Shown here one piece after another: positions 37,420-47,437 of a stretch of 64,000 nt of DNA. The position numbers were made by a program, and so were the translations under genes. The stretch lies in contig JABCTC010000012.1 of the NCBI GenBank assembly GCA_018238545.1, positions 1 to 64,000 of the forward strand, written 5' to 3'. The number at the start of each line of letters is the position of its first letter. Position 1 is the first letter of the stretch. The DNA is from Candidatus Heimdallarchaeota archaeon. GTDB lineage: Archaea; Asgardarchaeota; Heimdallarchaeia; Heimdallarchaeales; Heimdallarchaeaceae. Below the pieces are notes generated by a model, which saw only the letters and a program-made list of their open reading frames with translations, was not told the DNA's origin and did not search any database.

Positions 37420-38175
37420 TTAGTGGAATTCTTTTCTGAGAGCTTCTAGAATTCTATAGGAATCTGAGTAACTATCGTATTCTAGTACTTTCTCAAGCAA
37501 ATTATTGAGAACAGGTTGAACTCTTACTGTAGCCATAGTAACTTTACTCTTGATTTCGTCAAGTTTCAATCCATCAGGGGAGGAAGCAACAATTGACACT
37601 ATCTCAGCTTCTGGGACATCAAGTAATCCTGCATCCATGAGATAAACAATAAGCTTGTTATCTTCTTTTGCTTGTGTTAGAATTGTTTGAGATTCGTTAA
37701 TTTTTTGTTCCATGTCCTCGAGATCTTGTCTAGATTTCACTTCTAGATGGTTGTAAGCCTCTTCTTTGTTCTTTGCCGAGCTTGAAAGATGTTCTAGTTC
37801 TTGTTCCAGCCTGTTCTTTTCATTTTGTTGATTAGATATGCTAGCTTCAAGATCCTGTTTTTTGTTTCTCTTCTCTATCTCAGTTTCCTCTAACTCTCTT
37901 TTTTTACTTCTATTAATCTCAATTTCAGCAGAAACCGTTTCAATTGCTTGATTGGTTTGAATTATTTGTTGCTCCAAGTCTGCATTAACTTGTTTTAGAT
38001 CTTCTAGATTCTTTTTGAGTGTATTAACATACTCAGGAATTGCTCTAATGTCCTCTACTACAGATTCTAATGTTTGATTAGTGTTTGAAATAACTGAAGT
38101 GTTTCGAGAAGTTAATTCTTCTACATCACGTTTGATGTCGCCAATAATTGTTATCATTCTTTCTTCTTCTGCCAT
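37420..38175 (-). CDS. Coiled-coil protein with C-terminal winged-helix-like domain (paralogue B)
   Basis: About 170 aa of heptad pattern, then PEAEIVSIV...LKLDEIK...VQPVLNNL..VLEYD...YRI; AGGTGA RBS favours ATG 38175. Confidence 0.7.
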   Translation of the reverse strand: MAEEERMITIIGDIKRDVEELTSRNTSVISNTNQTLESVVEDIRAIPEYVNTLKKNLEDLKQVNADLEQQIIQTNQAIETVSAEIEINRSKKRELEETEIEKRNKKQDLEASISNQQNEKNRLEQELEHLSSSAKNKEEAYNHLEVKSRQDLEDMEQKINESQTILTQAKEDNKLIVYLMDAGLLDVPEAEIVSIVASSPDGLKLDEIKSKVTMATVRVQPVLNNLLEKVLEYDSYSDSYRILEALRKEFH

Positions 38176-38184
38176 ATCATTCAC

Positions 38185-38937
38185 CTAAATATCAATCTCC
38201 GTTATAACTTGGAATTTTCCTGTATGAGATTCGAAAGTAATTATTTCTCGTTTAGCAAGTTCAACAAGAATGTTTCTAATTATCTGTTCAGAAACTCCAG
38301 ACATCTTCTTAAGATTCTCCTCTGTGTTAATGCCTGGGGTAGTTAAACTGCGGATAACCTGAACTTCAGGTAAAACCACAATATCCTTCTTGACTAAATA
38401 CTTCAAAGCTTTTGAACGTGAAATCATCATTGTATATTGACCGTTCAAATCTGCTAATCGGATTTCTTTGCTTCTAATAGCTTCAGATGTATCGCTAGAA
38501 GTTGCTTGACTAAGAACATTTAGTTCTTCTACTTTCCTTTTGAAACCAGACATCTTTTCAGTAAGAGAATCTACTTGCATTTTAAGCTCTGTAGAAATTT
38601 GCTCCCTTTCCATAATAAGATTCAAGAGCTGCTGGATATCTTTTTGCTTACTTGAAATCTCTGACTGGAGAACGTCTTTATTATGGGTAAGTTCTTGTAA
38701 TTTCTGACTAAGTTGATTTAATTCAGTTGTGTTATTGCTTTTCTTCTCTTCTTCTTGAGCAATAACTTGATTGAGCTCATCGGCTTGTTTGAAGTAAGCA
38801 GATAGAATTCCATTGATTTCACTAATCTTTGTCGCTACCTCGTCTTTCTTGCTTGAAAGAATCTGTTGAAGCTCATTGAGATTAGTAGTTACACGCTCAA
38901 CATTATTTTGAGCCGATTCAAGATTTACTCTACTCAT
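38185..38937 (-). CDS. Coiled-coil protein with C-terminal winged-helix-like domain (paralogue A)
   Basis: About 175 aa of heptad pattern, then PEVQVIRSL...EENLKKMSGVSEQIIRNILVELAKREIITFE..GKFQV. Confidence 0.72.
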   Translation of the reverse strand: MSRVNLESAQNNVERVTTNLNELQQILSSKKDEVATKISEINGILSAYFKQADELNQVIAQEEEKKSNNTTELNQLSQKLQELTHNKDVLQSEISSKQKDIQQLLNLIMEREQISTELKMQVDSLTEKMSGFKRKVEELNVLSQATSSDTSEAIRSKEIRLADLNGQYTMMISRSKALKYLVKKDIVVLPEVQVIRSLTTPGINTEENLKKMSGVSEQIIRNILVELAKREIITFESHTGKFQVITEIDI

Positions 38938-39175
38938 GATGTATTCCTCACAAAACCTTAATTCCGTGAATAAATAACAACTAATATTCTGAAACTAAAT
39001 TAATAAACCTTGTTAAAATCCTAGCTGAAAAAAAATGCTTTTTACTAATAAGATTCTTCAAGTAGATTGGATTTAACAATGCTGAAAATCTTATTTAAAA
39101 TAGTAAGAATTTTTCAATATCTAAGGAAAGAAAATAAAGAGTGAGAATAAAAATAATAAGAAAAAAAGAAAAGAA

Positions 39176-40408
39176 TTATTTAACGTAAGCTTCGGGACTT
39201 TCCTCTCCACCTTCAATGTTGTGGCAGTAAGCAACGTGAGATTTGCTATACCATCTAGCTGGGGGTTCCTCAAGACGACAAATGTCAGAAACGAGGGGGC
39301 AGCGAGTTTGGAATTTGCAGCCTGGTGGGGGATTGATTGGTGTTGGGATATCACCAGTAAGAAAAATCTTCTTGGAACGCTTGGTGGGGTCAGCGATAGG
39401 AACAGCTGAAATTAATGCTTTAGTATAAGGATGCATCATATTTTCAAAGATTTCATCACTTGTTCCTGATTCCATGATTTTGCCGAGATACATTACGTTA
39501 GTTTCGTCACAAAGGATTTTAACTAAGGAAAGATCGTGAGCAATGAAAAGGTAAGTAAGACCCATCTTGTGCTGAAGCTCGAGAATTAGTTGAATGATAG
39601 CTGCACGGACGGAAACGTCAAGATTTGAGACAGGTTCGTCCATAACTATGAAGTCTGGTTCAAGTGCTAATGCTCTTGCAATTCCCAATCTTTGTCTCTG
39701 CCCTCCACTGAATTCGTGTGGGTACCTATATGCGTGATGTGGCGCTAAACCTACATCTTTTAGCAGTGACAACACTTTGTAACTTGCTTCGTCTCCTGAT
39801 GCTACTCCGTGTATTGCGAATGGTTCTATAATGATATCATGTGCTGTTGCTCGAGGATTCAAAGATGCATATGGATCTTGGAATACAATCTGTAGATGCC
39901 TTCTTATTTCTTTCATCTCTACAGAGGTTAGACGATTTATGTCTATTCCTTTGAAATATACTGATCCTGCTGTTGGTTCTAATAATCTAATTATTGTTTT
40001 AGCAGCTGTACTTTTTCCACAACCTGATTCTCCTACTAATCCAACGATTTTTCCTCTACGAATGTGTAAATCTATCCCATCTACAGCTTTAAGATGGGCT
40101 ACTTTTGGTCGTTTATTGAATGGGGGAATATTTGGCAATAGGAAATAAAGAACAACTACTCCACCCATTATACTTAATCCAATTGTAATATTGAAAGCAA
40201 ACACTACCACTGCGGCTACGAATGCTAACATAAACCAAGTAGTTTCAAAAGGAATTGGGATGTTAAAGAATTTCTTGAGGTTGATAACTTCAAGAACAAC
40301 ATCTTCTTTCATTTCCTTTGTTCTGATCCTGCTAGATATTAGCCCTTTTTCCACTTGTTGTCTTCCTATTTTTTCTATAAATGTCTCTGAACTCATTTTC
40401 TTTTCCAC
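39176..40408 (-). CDS. oppF: Oligopeptide/dipeptide ABC ATPase OppF/DppF with hydrophobic N-terminal insertion
   Basis: GESGCGKST, FQDPYASLNP, YPHEFSGGQRQR, DEPVS, HPYT, C-terminal Cys cluster. Confidence 0.92.
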   Translation of the reverse strand: MEKKMSSETFIEKIGRQQVEKGLISSRIRTKEMKEDVVLEVINLKKFFNIPIPFETTWFMLAFVAAVVVFAFNITIGLSIMGGVVVLYFLLPNIPPFNKRPKVAHLKAVDGIDLHIRRGKIVGLVGESGCGKSTAAKTIIRLLEPTAGSVYFKGIDINRLTSVEMKEIRRHLQIVFQDPYASLNPRATAHDIIIEPFAIHGVASGDEASYKVLSLLKDVGLAPHHAYRYPHEFSGGQRQRLGIARALALEPDFIVMDEPVSNLDVSVRAAIIQLILELQHKMGLTYLFIAHDLSLVKILCDETNVMYLGKIMESGTSDEIFENMMHPYTKALISAVPIADPTKRSKKIFLTGDIPTPINPPPGCKFQTRCPLVSDICRLEEPPARWYSKSHVAYCHNIEGGEESPEAYVK

Positions 40409-41467
40409 CTAACCTGTAGCCTTTTTAGGCATTGTTGATATTTCACGTTTCTCACCATGTTGTTGCATCCAAGCTTTACCTTCTTCAGTATAAATGTGGC
40501 ATCTTACATCATGGCCTGGTTCAATCGTTACGATACTTGGAAGAATAGTGTCACATAACCCTTCCATCCAATAATCACATCGAGGATGGAAACGACAAGC
40601 TGATGGAGGATTAATAAGGTTCGGAATAGCTCCACGAATAATCGTGAGATCCTCACGAGCTGCATCAGGTCGAGGGATAGCTCCAAGAAGACCGCGTGTA
40701 TAAGGATGATAAGGTGATTTGAAGATGATTATAATGTCTCCAACCTCACATATGAAACCTGCATACATCACCGCTACACGGTCACACATTTCAGCAATTA
40801 CACCCATGTCGTGGGTGATTAAAATAATACTCATGTCGAACTCTTCGCTAGTAGCTTTCAGAAGCTCAAGAATTTGAGCTTGAATTGTTACATCAAGAGA
40901 AGTTGAAGGTTCATCTGCTATCAATAATTCAGGATTACAGCTTAGAGCCATCGCGATCATAACACGTTGGCGCATACCTCCCGAAAATTCGAAAGGATAA
41001 TTATCAACACGCTCGTCAGCACTTGGAATACCAACAAGGGACATAATTTTGATAGATTTTTCACGGGCTTCTTTCTTAGTAACCTTTTGATGAAGAATAA
41101 TAGCTTCACTGATCTGATCACCAACAGTAAAAACAGGATTGAGACTGGTCATAGGATCTTGAAAAATCATAGCTATTTGGTTACCTCGTATCTTACGCAT
41201 ATCAGCATCACTGAGTTTGCGTAAATCTTGTCCATGGAATATTACTTCACCTTCGAGTATTTTACCAGGAGGATCTGGAACAATACCTAAAATTGAAAGT
41301 GCTGTTACTGATTTTCCTGAACCTGACTCACCTACAAGTCCAAGAGTTTCTGATTTATGAACAAGAATGTCTATGCTTTCTATAGCTTTTACGACACCTT
41401 CCTCTGTAAAAAAGTATGTTTTTAGCCCTTTTATTTCTAAAAGAACATCTTCTGGTGGTCGACTCAT
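40409..41467 (-). CDS. oppD: Oligopeptide/dipeptide ABC ATPase OppD/DppD
   Basis: [46 protein letters not shown]. Confidence 0.95.
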   Translation of the reverse strand: MSRPPEDVLLEIKGLKTYFFTEEGVVKAIESIDILVHKSETLGLVGESGSGKSVTALSILGIVPDPPGKILEGEVIFHGQDLRKLSDADMRKIRGNQIAMIFQDPMTSLNPVFTVGDQISEAIILHQKVTKKEAREKSIKIMSLVGIPSADERVDNYPFEFSGGMRQRVMIAMALSCNPELLIADEPSTSLDVTIQAQILELLKATSEEFDMSIILITHDMGVIAEMCDRVAVMYAGFICEVGDIIIIFKSPYHPYTRGLLGAIPRPDAAREDLTIIRGAIPNLINPPSACRFHPRCDYWMEGLCDTILPSIVTIEPGHDVRCHIYTEEGKAWMQQHGEKREISTMPKKATG

Positions 41468-41672
41468 ATAATTCACTTACTAATATTTTTATAAGCGCTT
41501 AATTCTGTTGTTAGTTATACTTTTATAAGTTTGTCTGTCTTGCTCTACTAAAAATATTCTAGTCTATGCCGTTTAATGAGCGTTAAAACTGTTATGCTCG
41601 AGAATTGTGAACAATTCAAAAGAGAAAAGAATGTGAAGAAAAGGTTCTATTAGTCTACATTATTTCATGTGT

Positions 41673-42437
41673 CTATAGCCTTTCTTGATATCTTTTCACT
41701 CTTTTACGTAGAGCAGTTAAATTAACCTGAAAATCTCTTCGTAAATTCAATAAAACTACTAATCTTGCAGCTGGAAGATTGATATATGTTGGGAAAAATG
41801 CCACTATCATTGTTAGCGCAGATTCGCGTAGGTTAGCATAGGGTACGATTTTTCTTTCTGACAATTCTAACACTCTCTCTTTCAGCATCTCAAGCTCATC
41901 GTGTCGAGTCTGCAGCAGTTCTTCTAAATATTTGAGCCATTGGAAGATTTTTACTTGCAGTTCCTTAATACAATAATCCGAGCTAAATTTTAGTAGGTCG
42001 GCGTTTTCGAGATTATGTTTAGCAAGAGAGATTTTCTTCAAGAAAGAATCATGATCTTTATCCATTCCCCAGAATCTAAGAATTCTTGAGATATCCTTAA
42101 CCTGAATCTCTTTGCTGTTCATAGTCATATTATAGTCTAGAACAGCTAAAAAGTAGGCAAGAATATCACCATTCTGAAAACTAGAGTCATTCTGATGACT
42201 TTCTAGTAACAGAGTGTAAATATTTTGAAAATGTAGAACAGAGTCAGTAAAAACTTTTTCAGGGATATTATTGCGAAGAAGCTTAGATATAATCTCTAGA
42301 AATTGGAAAAAATGATTATGGTTTTTTTGCCAGTCAAATTTTTCTAGTTTCCCATTAATTAGAAACTCAGGAATAGAAACCTTGTCTTTGGGGCTTTCTA
42401 ATGGTTTGAAGTCAAGCTTTTTGATGACAGTGGTCAT
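41673..42437 (-). CDS. Hypothetical helical protein, possibly a divergent TFB/cyclin-fold protein
   Basis: QKN..FF..LE.IS.LL..IP..V and terminal VNLTALRKRVK resemble the first and last helices of the TFB core; no Zn ribbon. Confidence 0.45.
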   Translation of the reverse strand: MTTVIKKLDFKPLESPKDKVSIPEFLINGKLEKFDWQKNHNHFFQFLEIISKLLRNNIPEKVFTDSVLHFQNIYTLLLESHQNDSSFQNGDILAYFLAVLDYNMTMNSKEIQVKDISRILRFWGMDKDHDSFLKKISLAKHNLENADLLKFSSDYCIKELQVKIFQWLKYLEELLQTRHDELEMLKERVLELSERKIVPYANLRESALTMIVAFFPTYINLPAARLVVLLNLRRDFQVNLTALRKRVKRYQERL

Positions 42438-42452
42438 TTTGCCTCACTAATA

Positions 42453-42584
42453 TATACTTAAATTAGTATAAATACTCACAAAATTTTTTGTGCAAAGTGA
42501 AAACCTACTATCCTTTAGGATATGGTGACTCCCTCCCAAAATAGTCTACACCCGATTTTGGAGTTACTAAAATATATTTAGTAA
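42453..42584. promoter_or_regulatory. Cluster of inverted repeats upstream of the TFB-like gene
   Basis: TATACT-N6-AGTATA 42453-42470, CACAAAA-N2-TTTTGTG 42477-42492, TATCCT-N2-AGGATA 42509-42522, TTACTAAA-N5-TTTAGTAA 42564-42584. Confidence 0.4.
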
Positions 42585-42705
42585 ATGATAAGCTTCCACT
42601 AGCCTATCAATAAGATAATACTTGAAATGCTTAATATACCTAAGAAAATATAATTGCATTTTAATTGCATAAAAAATTAAAAAAGAAAAAAGTTTGAGAG
42701 AAGGT

Positions 42706-43767
42706 TTAATCCTTCAATCTTGGATCTAATGCATCTCTTAAAGAATCACCGAGTAGGTTGAATCCTAAAACCGTGAAGAAGATGAACAAAGCTGGAAACA
42801 TCGGCATCCATGGATAATCCAATAAATTATTTTGCCATTTATTTAGATCATCACCCCATGAAATTGCGTTAGGATCTCCGAAACCGAAGAATGCTAGTGC
42901 TGCGAATGTAAAGATAACCCCAGCTATACCCAATGTGATAATAATAATCAATGGGGCTAGTGAGTTAGGCAGAATGTGCCTAAAGATAATCCTCATATCC
43001 GACGCACCTAACGCGCGTTCTGCTTCTACGAAATCTTGTTCTTTTAGAGAGAAGAAATTCGACCTTATAATCAGTGCCGTTCCTCCCCACCCGATAAGTG
43101 AGAAGAACACTATTACCACGGCGTATTTTCCACCCGGAATCTGCACATCTTCAAACAGTACAATGATAAAGATCATCAAGATAAATCCAGGCATGGAATA
43201 GAGTACTTCTATTACTCTTTGCAAGACATTATCTATAATACCACCATAGAAACCTGCGAGTGAACCAAGAACTGTACCAATAATCACTGTGGTCATCTGT
43301 CCGATGAAACCTAGTGCTAAAGATACGGATGCTCCAAAGAATACTCTGGAAAGCATGTCTTGTCCAAGACGATCAGTTCCGAATGGGTGTTCCCATGAAG
43401 GAGGTAGAGTTGATTGATCTGCGAATTGATACCTAGGATGTTGGAAAAGTACAATAGGGTTGGACTGATCCATTCCAGGGTACCATAATTCTATGTACAG
43501 GTTGTTTAGACTTGCAGGATTGTTAGGGTCACCAAGGAGTAAATTAGCGCTCGTCAACCAATTATCAACCATGAGTAGTATCCAAGAAACAAGGGCCATC
43601 ATGATTAGGAAGAGTACAATGTACAAACCTAACATACCCATTTTATCTTTCTTGATACGACGCCATACTATTGACCATTGGCCGGCACCTTTCATTGATT
43701 CAATTTCTCTTAACGTTTTCTCGTCAAGAAGAAATTCTTCTTTATCTACTTTATCTACAGTTGCCAT
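42706..43767 (-). CDS. oppC: Oligopeptide ABC permease OppC/DppC
   Basis: HPFGTDRLGQD, FVEAERALGAS, RHILPN, GFNLLGDSLRDALDPR. Confidence 0.95.
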   Translation of the reverse strand: MATVDKVDKEEFLLDEKTLREIESMKGAGQWSIVWRRIKKDKMGMLGLYIVLFLIMMALVSWILLMVDNWLTSANLLLGDPNNPASLNNLYIELWYPGMDQSNPIVLFQHPRYQFADQSTLPPSWEHPFGTDRLGQDMLSRVFFGASVSLALGFIGQMTTVIIGTVLGSLAGFYGGIIDNVLQRVIEVLYSMPGFILMIFIIVLFEDVQIPGGKYAVVIVFFSLIGWGGTALIIRSNFFSLKEQDFVEAERALGASDMRIIFRHILPNSLAPLIIIITLGIAGVIFTFAALAFFGFGDPNAISWGDDLNKWQNNLLDYPWMPMFPALFIFFTVLGFNLLGDSLRDALDPRLKD

Positions 43768-43778
43768 TTTTTTAGCCT

Positions 43779-44786
43779 CTAATATTTAATCCTTGGATCG
43801 ATAAACACATACGTGATATCCGTCAGTAAACGCGCTACTAGAAAGAGCAGGGGAAAAATTGTATTCGTTGCCATCATAAGCGGATAATCCCTAAATAAGG
43901 CCCCCTCTAAGAATAGAGTTCCTAATCCAGGCCATCCAAATACTGATTCAACCATTACACTTCCACTTAACAATCCTGGTAATGAACTGCCTATGATTGT
44001 TACTATTGGTAGAAGACCATTTCTGAAAGCGTGCTTGTAAATTACTGCACGATTGTCTAGTCCTTTAGCTTTTGCCGTTGTTACATAATCTTGTCTCAGA
44101 ATTTCTAGCAATTGTGATCTTACTAACCTGGCCATGAAGACTAGTCCTCCCAGCGTAAGCGCCAGCGTCGGCAGAATCAGGTATTTGTAAAAATTCGGGT
44201 TAAAAATTAGTGGTGTCTTAAATGCATCTTTACTCACTACTCCAGTAAAGTTGAATAACGAATAGGATAGCAACATGATTAGTTTTGCTAGCCAGAAAAG
44301 AGGCATAGAATATCCAAGTAACATAGCAATAGTTAACGAACGATCCCAAATTGAGTTTTGTCTGGTTGCTGAAACAACACCAATTGCTGTAGCCAGCAAT
44401 AGTGAGAAAATGAACGATAAAACATTTAGTGTAATCGTATACACCATTCGTTCGGATATCAGTTGCGAGATAGGTATTCCCACTCCCGCTTGCGTATTGT
44501 ACCACGACCGACCTAAATCAAAATGTAATAAATCATTAACGAAATCAATATATCTTTCAAACCATGGAACTGTGTACATGTCATTGTCCAACAGACCCAT
44601 TTCTATTGCTTCTCGGTTATACGCCGAATTGTAACACTCTGGTGTCTCACAATGTAATAATCCCAGCCTGACGATAACCGGATCTCCAGGACTGACGTTA
44701 ATTAATGTAAAATTCATCAAAGTGATACCTAACATTACAGGAACGATATAGATGACTCGTTTTACTATATATCCTTTTAAAGACAT
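43779..44786 (-). CDS. oppB: Oligopeptide ABC permease OppB/DppB
   Basis: YIVKR, PGDP, DLGRS, DYVTTAKAKGL, KHAFRN, ESVFGWPGLG, RDYP, DPRI. Confidence 0.95.
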   Translation of the reverse strand: MSLKGYIVKRVIYIVPVMLGITLMNFTLINVSPGDPVIVRLGLLHCETPECYNSAYNREAIEMGLLDNDMYTVPWFERYIDFVNDLLHFDLGRSWYNTQAGVGIPISQLISERMVYTITLNVLSFIFSLLLATAIGVVSATRQNSIWDRSLTIAMLLGYSMPLFWLAKLIMLLSYSLFNFTGVVSKDAFKTPLIFNPNFYKYLILPTLALTLGGLVFMARLVRSQLLEILRQDYVTTAKAKGLDNRAVIYKHAFRNGLLPIVTIIGSSLPGLLSGSVMVESVFGWPGLGTLFLEGALFRDYPLMMATNTIFPLLFLVARLLTDITYVFIDPRIKY

Positions 44787-45000
44787 AATATATACTCCGT
44801 GTATTATTTTACTCGAAATCTATTATATTCTAATTAGTTTCAAAAGTTTTGATGCGTTTATTAAGTTTCCTTTGCCCCTTTTTGGCCGCCTCAAGAAAAA
44901 TTTTACCCTTTAAATATAAAACCTAAAAAAATAGGTCTAAGTATTTTCATTAGTTGTAAGAAATTTAAATTGTTTCTAGGGAAAAGTTTGATTCACTTGG

Positions 45001-45735
45001 CTAAATACCTTCTTTTATCATCTCTTCTATCTTCATGTCGAAAGTTATTTTCCCATCATGCATGTGAAGAGTTCTATTCGCACGTTTTGCTGCTGCTAGA
45101 TCGTGTGTTACTAATAAAATAGATGTTCCTCTTTCTTTGTTCAAGTTATTAAATAACTCTAGTACTGCTCTCCCTGTTTTTGAATCTAAATTCCCTGTCG
45201 GTTCATCTGCCAGTAGTATTATTGGGTCATTTACTAATGCTCTCATAATTGATACTCTCTGCCTCTCCCCTGAGCTCAGTTCTTCTGGAAATTTACTTCT
45301 TAGATGATCTAAATCAAAATCTTGAATCAAGCTATCGACCGCTTCTTTTCTTCGCTCATATGGCACCGAATCAAAGATTAAAGGTAGCTCAATATTTTCA
45401 AAAGTTGTTAATCCCTCTATTAGATTGAAGAACTGAAACACGAACCCTAGATTTTTTCTTCTGAAGTTGGTCAATTCTCCTCTCTCAAAATTGCTTAAAT
45501 CTGTTCCATTGATTATTATCTTTCCTTCTGTAGGTACTTCCAATGTCCCTACCAAATTTAATAAAGTTGTTTTACCCGAACCTGAAGGACCAACAATGGA
45601 TGAAAATTCTCCTCTCTCAAAATTTATTGATAAATTATTTACTGCCTTTACTTCGTTGCTTCCTACTGTAAAGGTTTTCGAGAGGTTTTCACAGATAACG
45701 ATTTGTTCTTTCATCTGTATGGTACCACAAGACAA
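45001..45735 (-). CDS. ABC ATPase, LolD/MacB/FtsE family
   Basis: GPSGSGKTT, GFVFQFFNLI, LSSGERQRV, LADEPTGNLD, VTHD. Confidence 0.92.
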   Translation of the reverse strand: MSCGTIQMKEQIVICENLSKTFTVGSNEVKAVNNLSINFERGEFSSIVGPSGSGKTTLLNLVGTLEVPTEGKIIINGTDLSNFERGELTNFRRKNLGFVFQFFNLIEGLTTFENIELPLIFDSVPYERRKEAVDSLIQDFDLDHLRSKFPEELSSGERQRVSIMRALVNDPIILLADEPTGNLDSKTGRAVLELFNNLNKERGTSILLVTHDLAAAKRANRTLHMHDGKITFDMKIEEMIKEGI

Positions 45736-45781
45736 GCACTAATAAAGTTGTTCAAATGCTTATTTCTCTTACTTTTCTATT

Positions 45782-47269
45782 CTAGTTAATGGTTGGCTTT
45801 AGAAACTTTGTTTCTCCCGTTGGTTCAAAATAGAGTAATTTTCCTTCAATATCTTGATTGGCTTGTTTTGCAGAAAAAGTAATGATATTTACTGGGACAT
45901 AAATAACGTGAACAATTATAGCCTCTATGGCTGATGTGATTCTTGCTGTTTCATCTAGAATAGTCTCAATGTTTTGGTTCTGTATTGCTTCCTCTAATAT
46001 TCTAATTATTGATTTACCGAAATTAAATAGCAATTTCTCATTAATCTCCGATAACCCCTCAACCGAAAATATTTCTATCCATTTTTCAAGAACATCTTCT
46101 TGCTTTTTAGCTCCTTTAATTGATTCATGAATCTTTTTCTTCTTTGCTTGGAATATTCTTAATTGATTTATCAAGTCCTCTTTTTGTTCCCTTGTTACTT
46201 TTTTGCCTCTTCTTTCATCTATTTGCAGTCTCTTTGTTCTAGCATCGATCTGTTTTTGCGTTCGTTTTAGTTTGAGAAAGTTAACTTTAGCATCTCTCCC
46301 CCTAGTAGCATACTCCTCTTGTTTAACCTTCAGTTGAGGTCTAATCTCTTGAAGCACTTTTTCAAAATCTGGTTCATTCCAAATTTGCTTATCATTCTCA
46401 ATCGTTTCTTTTAGTTTATTTAGAAATAGTATGAGTTCCGAATGATAGCTGTGTGTTTTATTCATTTTCTTCTCATAATCGGTTATGTAGTCATGTATCA
46501 CTTTTTCGTCAAGTTCTATGATACTGGTTTTTTTAACTTCCTCTTTGCTTAATCTTTCCTGAGAATCTCTATTCAGTAATTTTACTAAATTCATCTGAAT
46601 TTTGTTTATCGCTTGAATCAAATTTTCTCTTTCTTTGGCTTCTATTTCCTTGAATTCTTTCTTCCCAACAGCTAGCAGTTTTAATTGCTTCTTATCTCCT
46701 GAGAGAAATGTTGGAAGTAAGATTCCATCCAAATCTAAAGGTAGTATTGCTTTGAAACTATTCTCGATTTTGCACAGTGCAAAAGGATAACTCATCGTTT
46801 CTTGATGAGTTATTTTTATGGATTCTAATGAATGTAATCTCCCCTTAATTCTTTTAATTATGTCTTCTTTTTCTACTTCTTTGGTTATATAGTAAAAATC
46901 ATTTACTGAAACGCTTGTTTTTTCAAACAGTAGCGAAAGCGCATTCTCAATTTTGGTTATGTCCTCCAATCGTTTTTCTTTTGTTATTTCAGCCGATTCT
47001 TTCTGAACAACATCTATTTGCTTTTCGAGATCTGTTGCTTGTTTCTCAACATCATCTATCTCTTGTTCACTCTCACTCTTTATTTGCTCAACTTCACTTG
47101 ATTCAGTAATTGCTGCATCTTCCTTTTCCTCTTGTTTTACTTCTGTTGTATCTGCACTATCACTTTCAAGAGTAACATCTGGTGTTTTATCCACTATTTC
47201 CTCGATTTTCTTTGTCAGTGCAATAAATTCGGAAAATGTTTGAGGTTCATCCTTAGGCTTTTCGCTCAT
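45782..47269 (-). CDS. Hypothetical charged coiled-coil protein
   Basis: 495 aa, acidic N-terminus, long K/E/Q-rich helical centre, beta-rich C-terminus. Confidence 0.7.
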   Translation of the reverse strand: MSEKPKDEPQTFSEFIALTKKIEEIVDKTPDVTLESDSADTTEVKQEEKEDAAITESSEVEQIKSESEQEIDDVEKQATDLEKQIDVVQKESAEITKEKRLEDITKIENALSLLFEKTSVSVNDFYYITKEVEKEDIIKRIKGRLHSLESIKITHQETMSYPFALCKIENSFKAILPLDLDGILLPTFLSGDKKQLKLLAVGKKEFKEIEAKERENLIQAINKIQMNLVKLLNRDSQERLSKEEVKKTSIIELDEKVIHDYITDYEKKMNKTHSYHSELILFLNKLKETIENDKQIWNEPDFEKVLQEIRPQLKVKQEEYATRGRDAKVNFLKLKRTQKQIDARTKRLQIDERRGKKVTREQKEDLINQLRIFQAKKKKIHESIKGAKKQEDVLEKWIEIFSVEGLSEINEKLLFNFGKSIIRILEEAIQNQNIETILDETARITSAIEAIIVHVIYVPVNIITFSAKQANQDIEGKLLYFEPTGETKFLKPTIN

Positions 47270-47437
47270 ATACTGTAACCAGTTTATAATCGATTTTTCA
47301 CTTATTTAAACTACTCGAAATCCTCGAACCTATTGCAATAATTTCTTTTTACTGCTGTCTCTTGCTCAATTATTTGTTCTGAGATATCACGTGGGTATTG
47401 CGGAGTTATAAAAGATAAAGAAAGATGTTGTCCTTAG

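Noticed and set aside
37420-38937. SMC/Rad50 or ESCRT-III identity for the coiled-coil pair
   Set aside because: No Walker motifs, hinge or Zn hook, and no recognisable Snf7 pattern.
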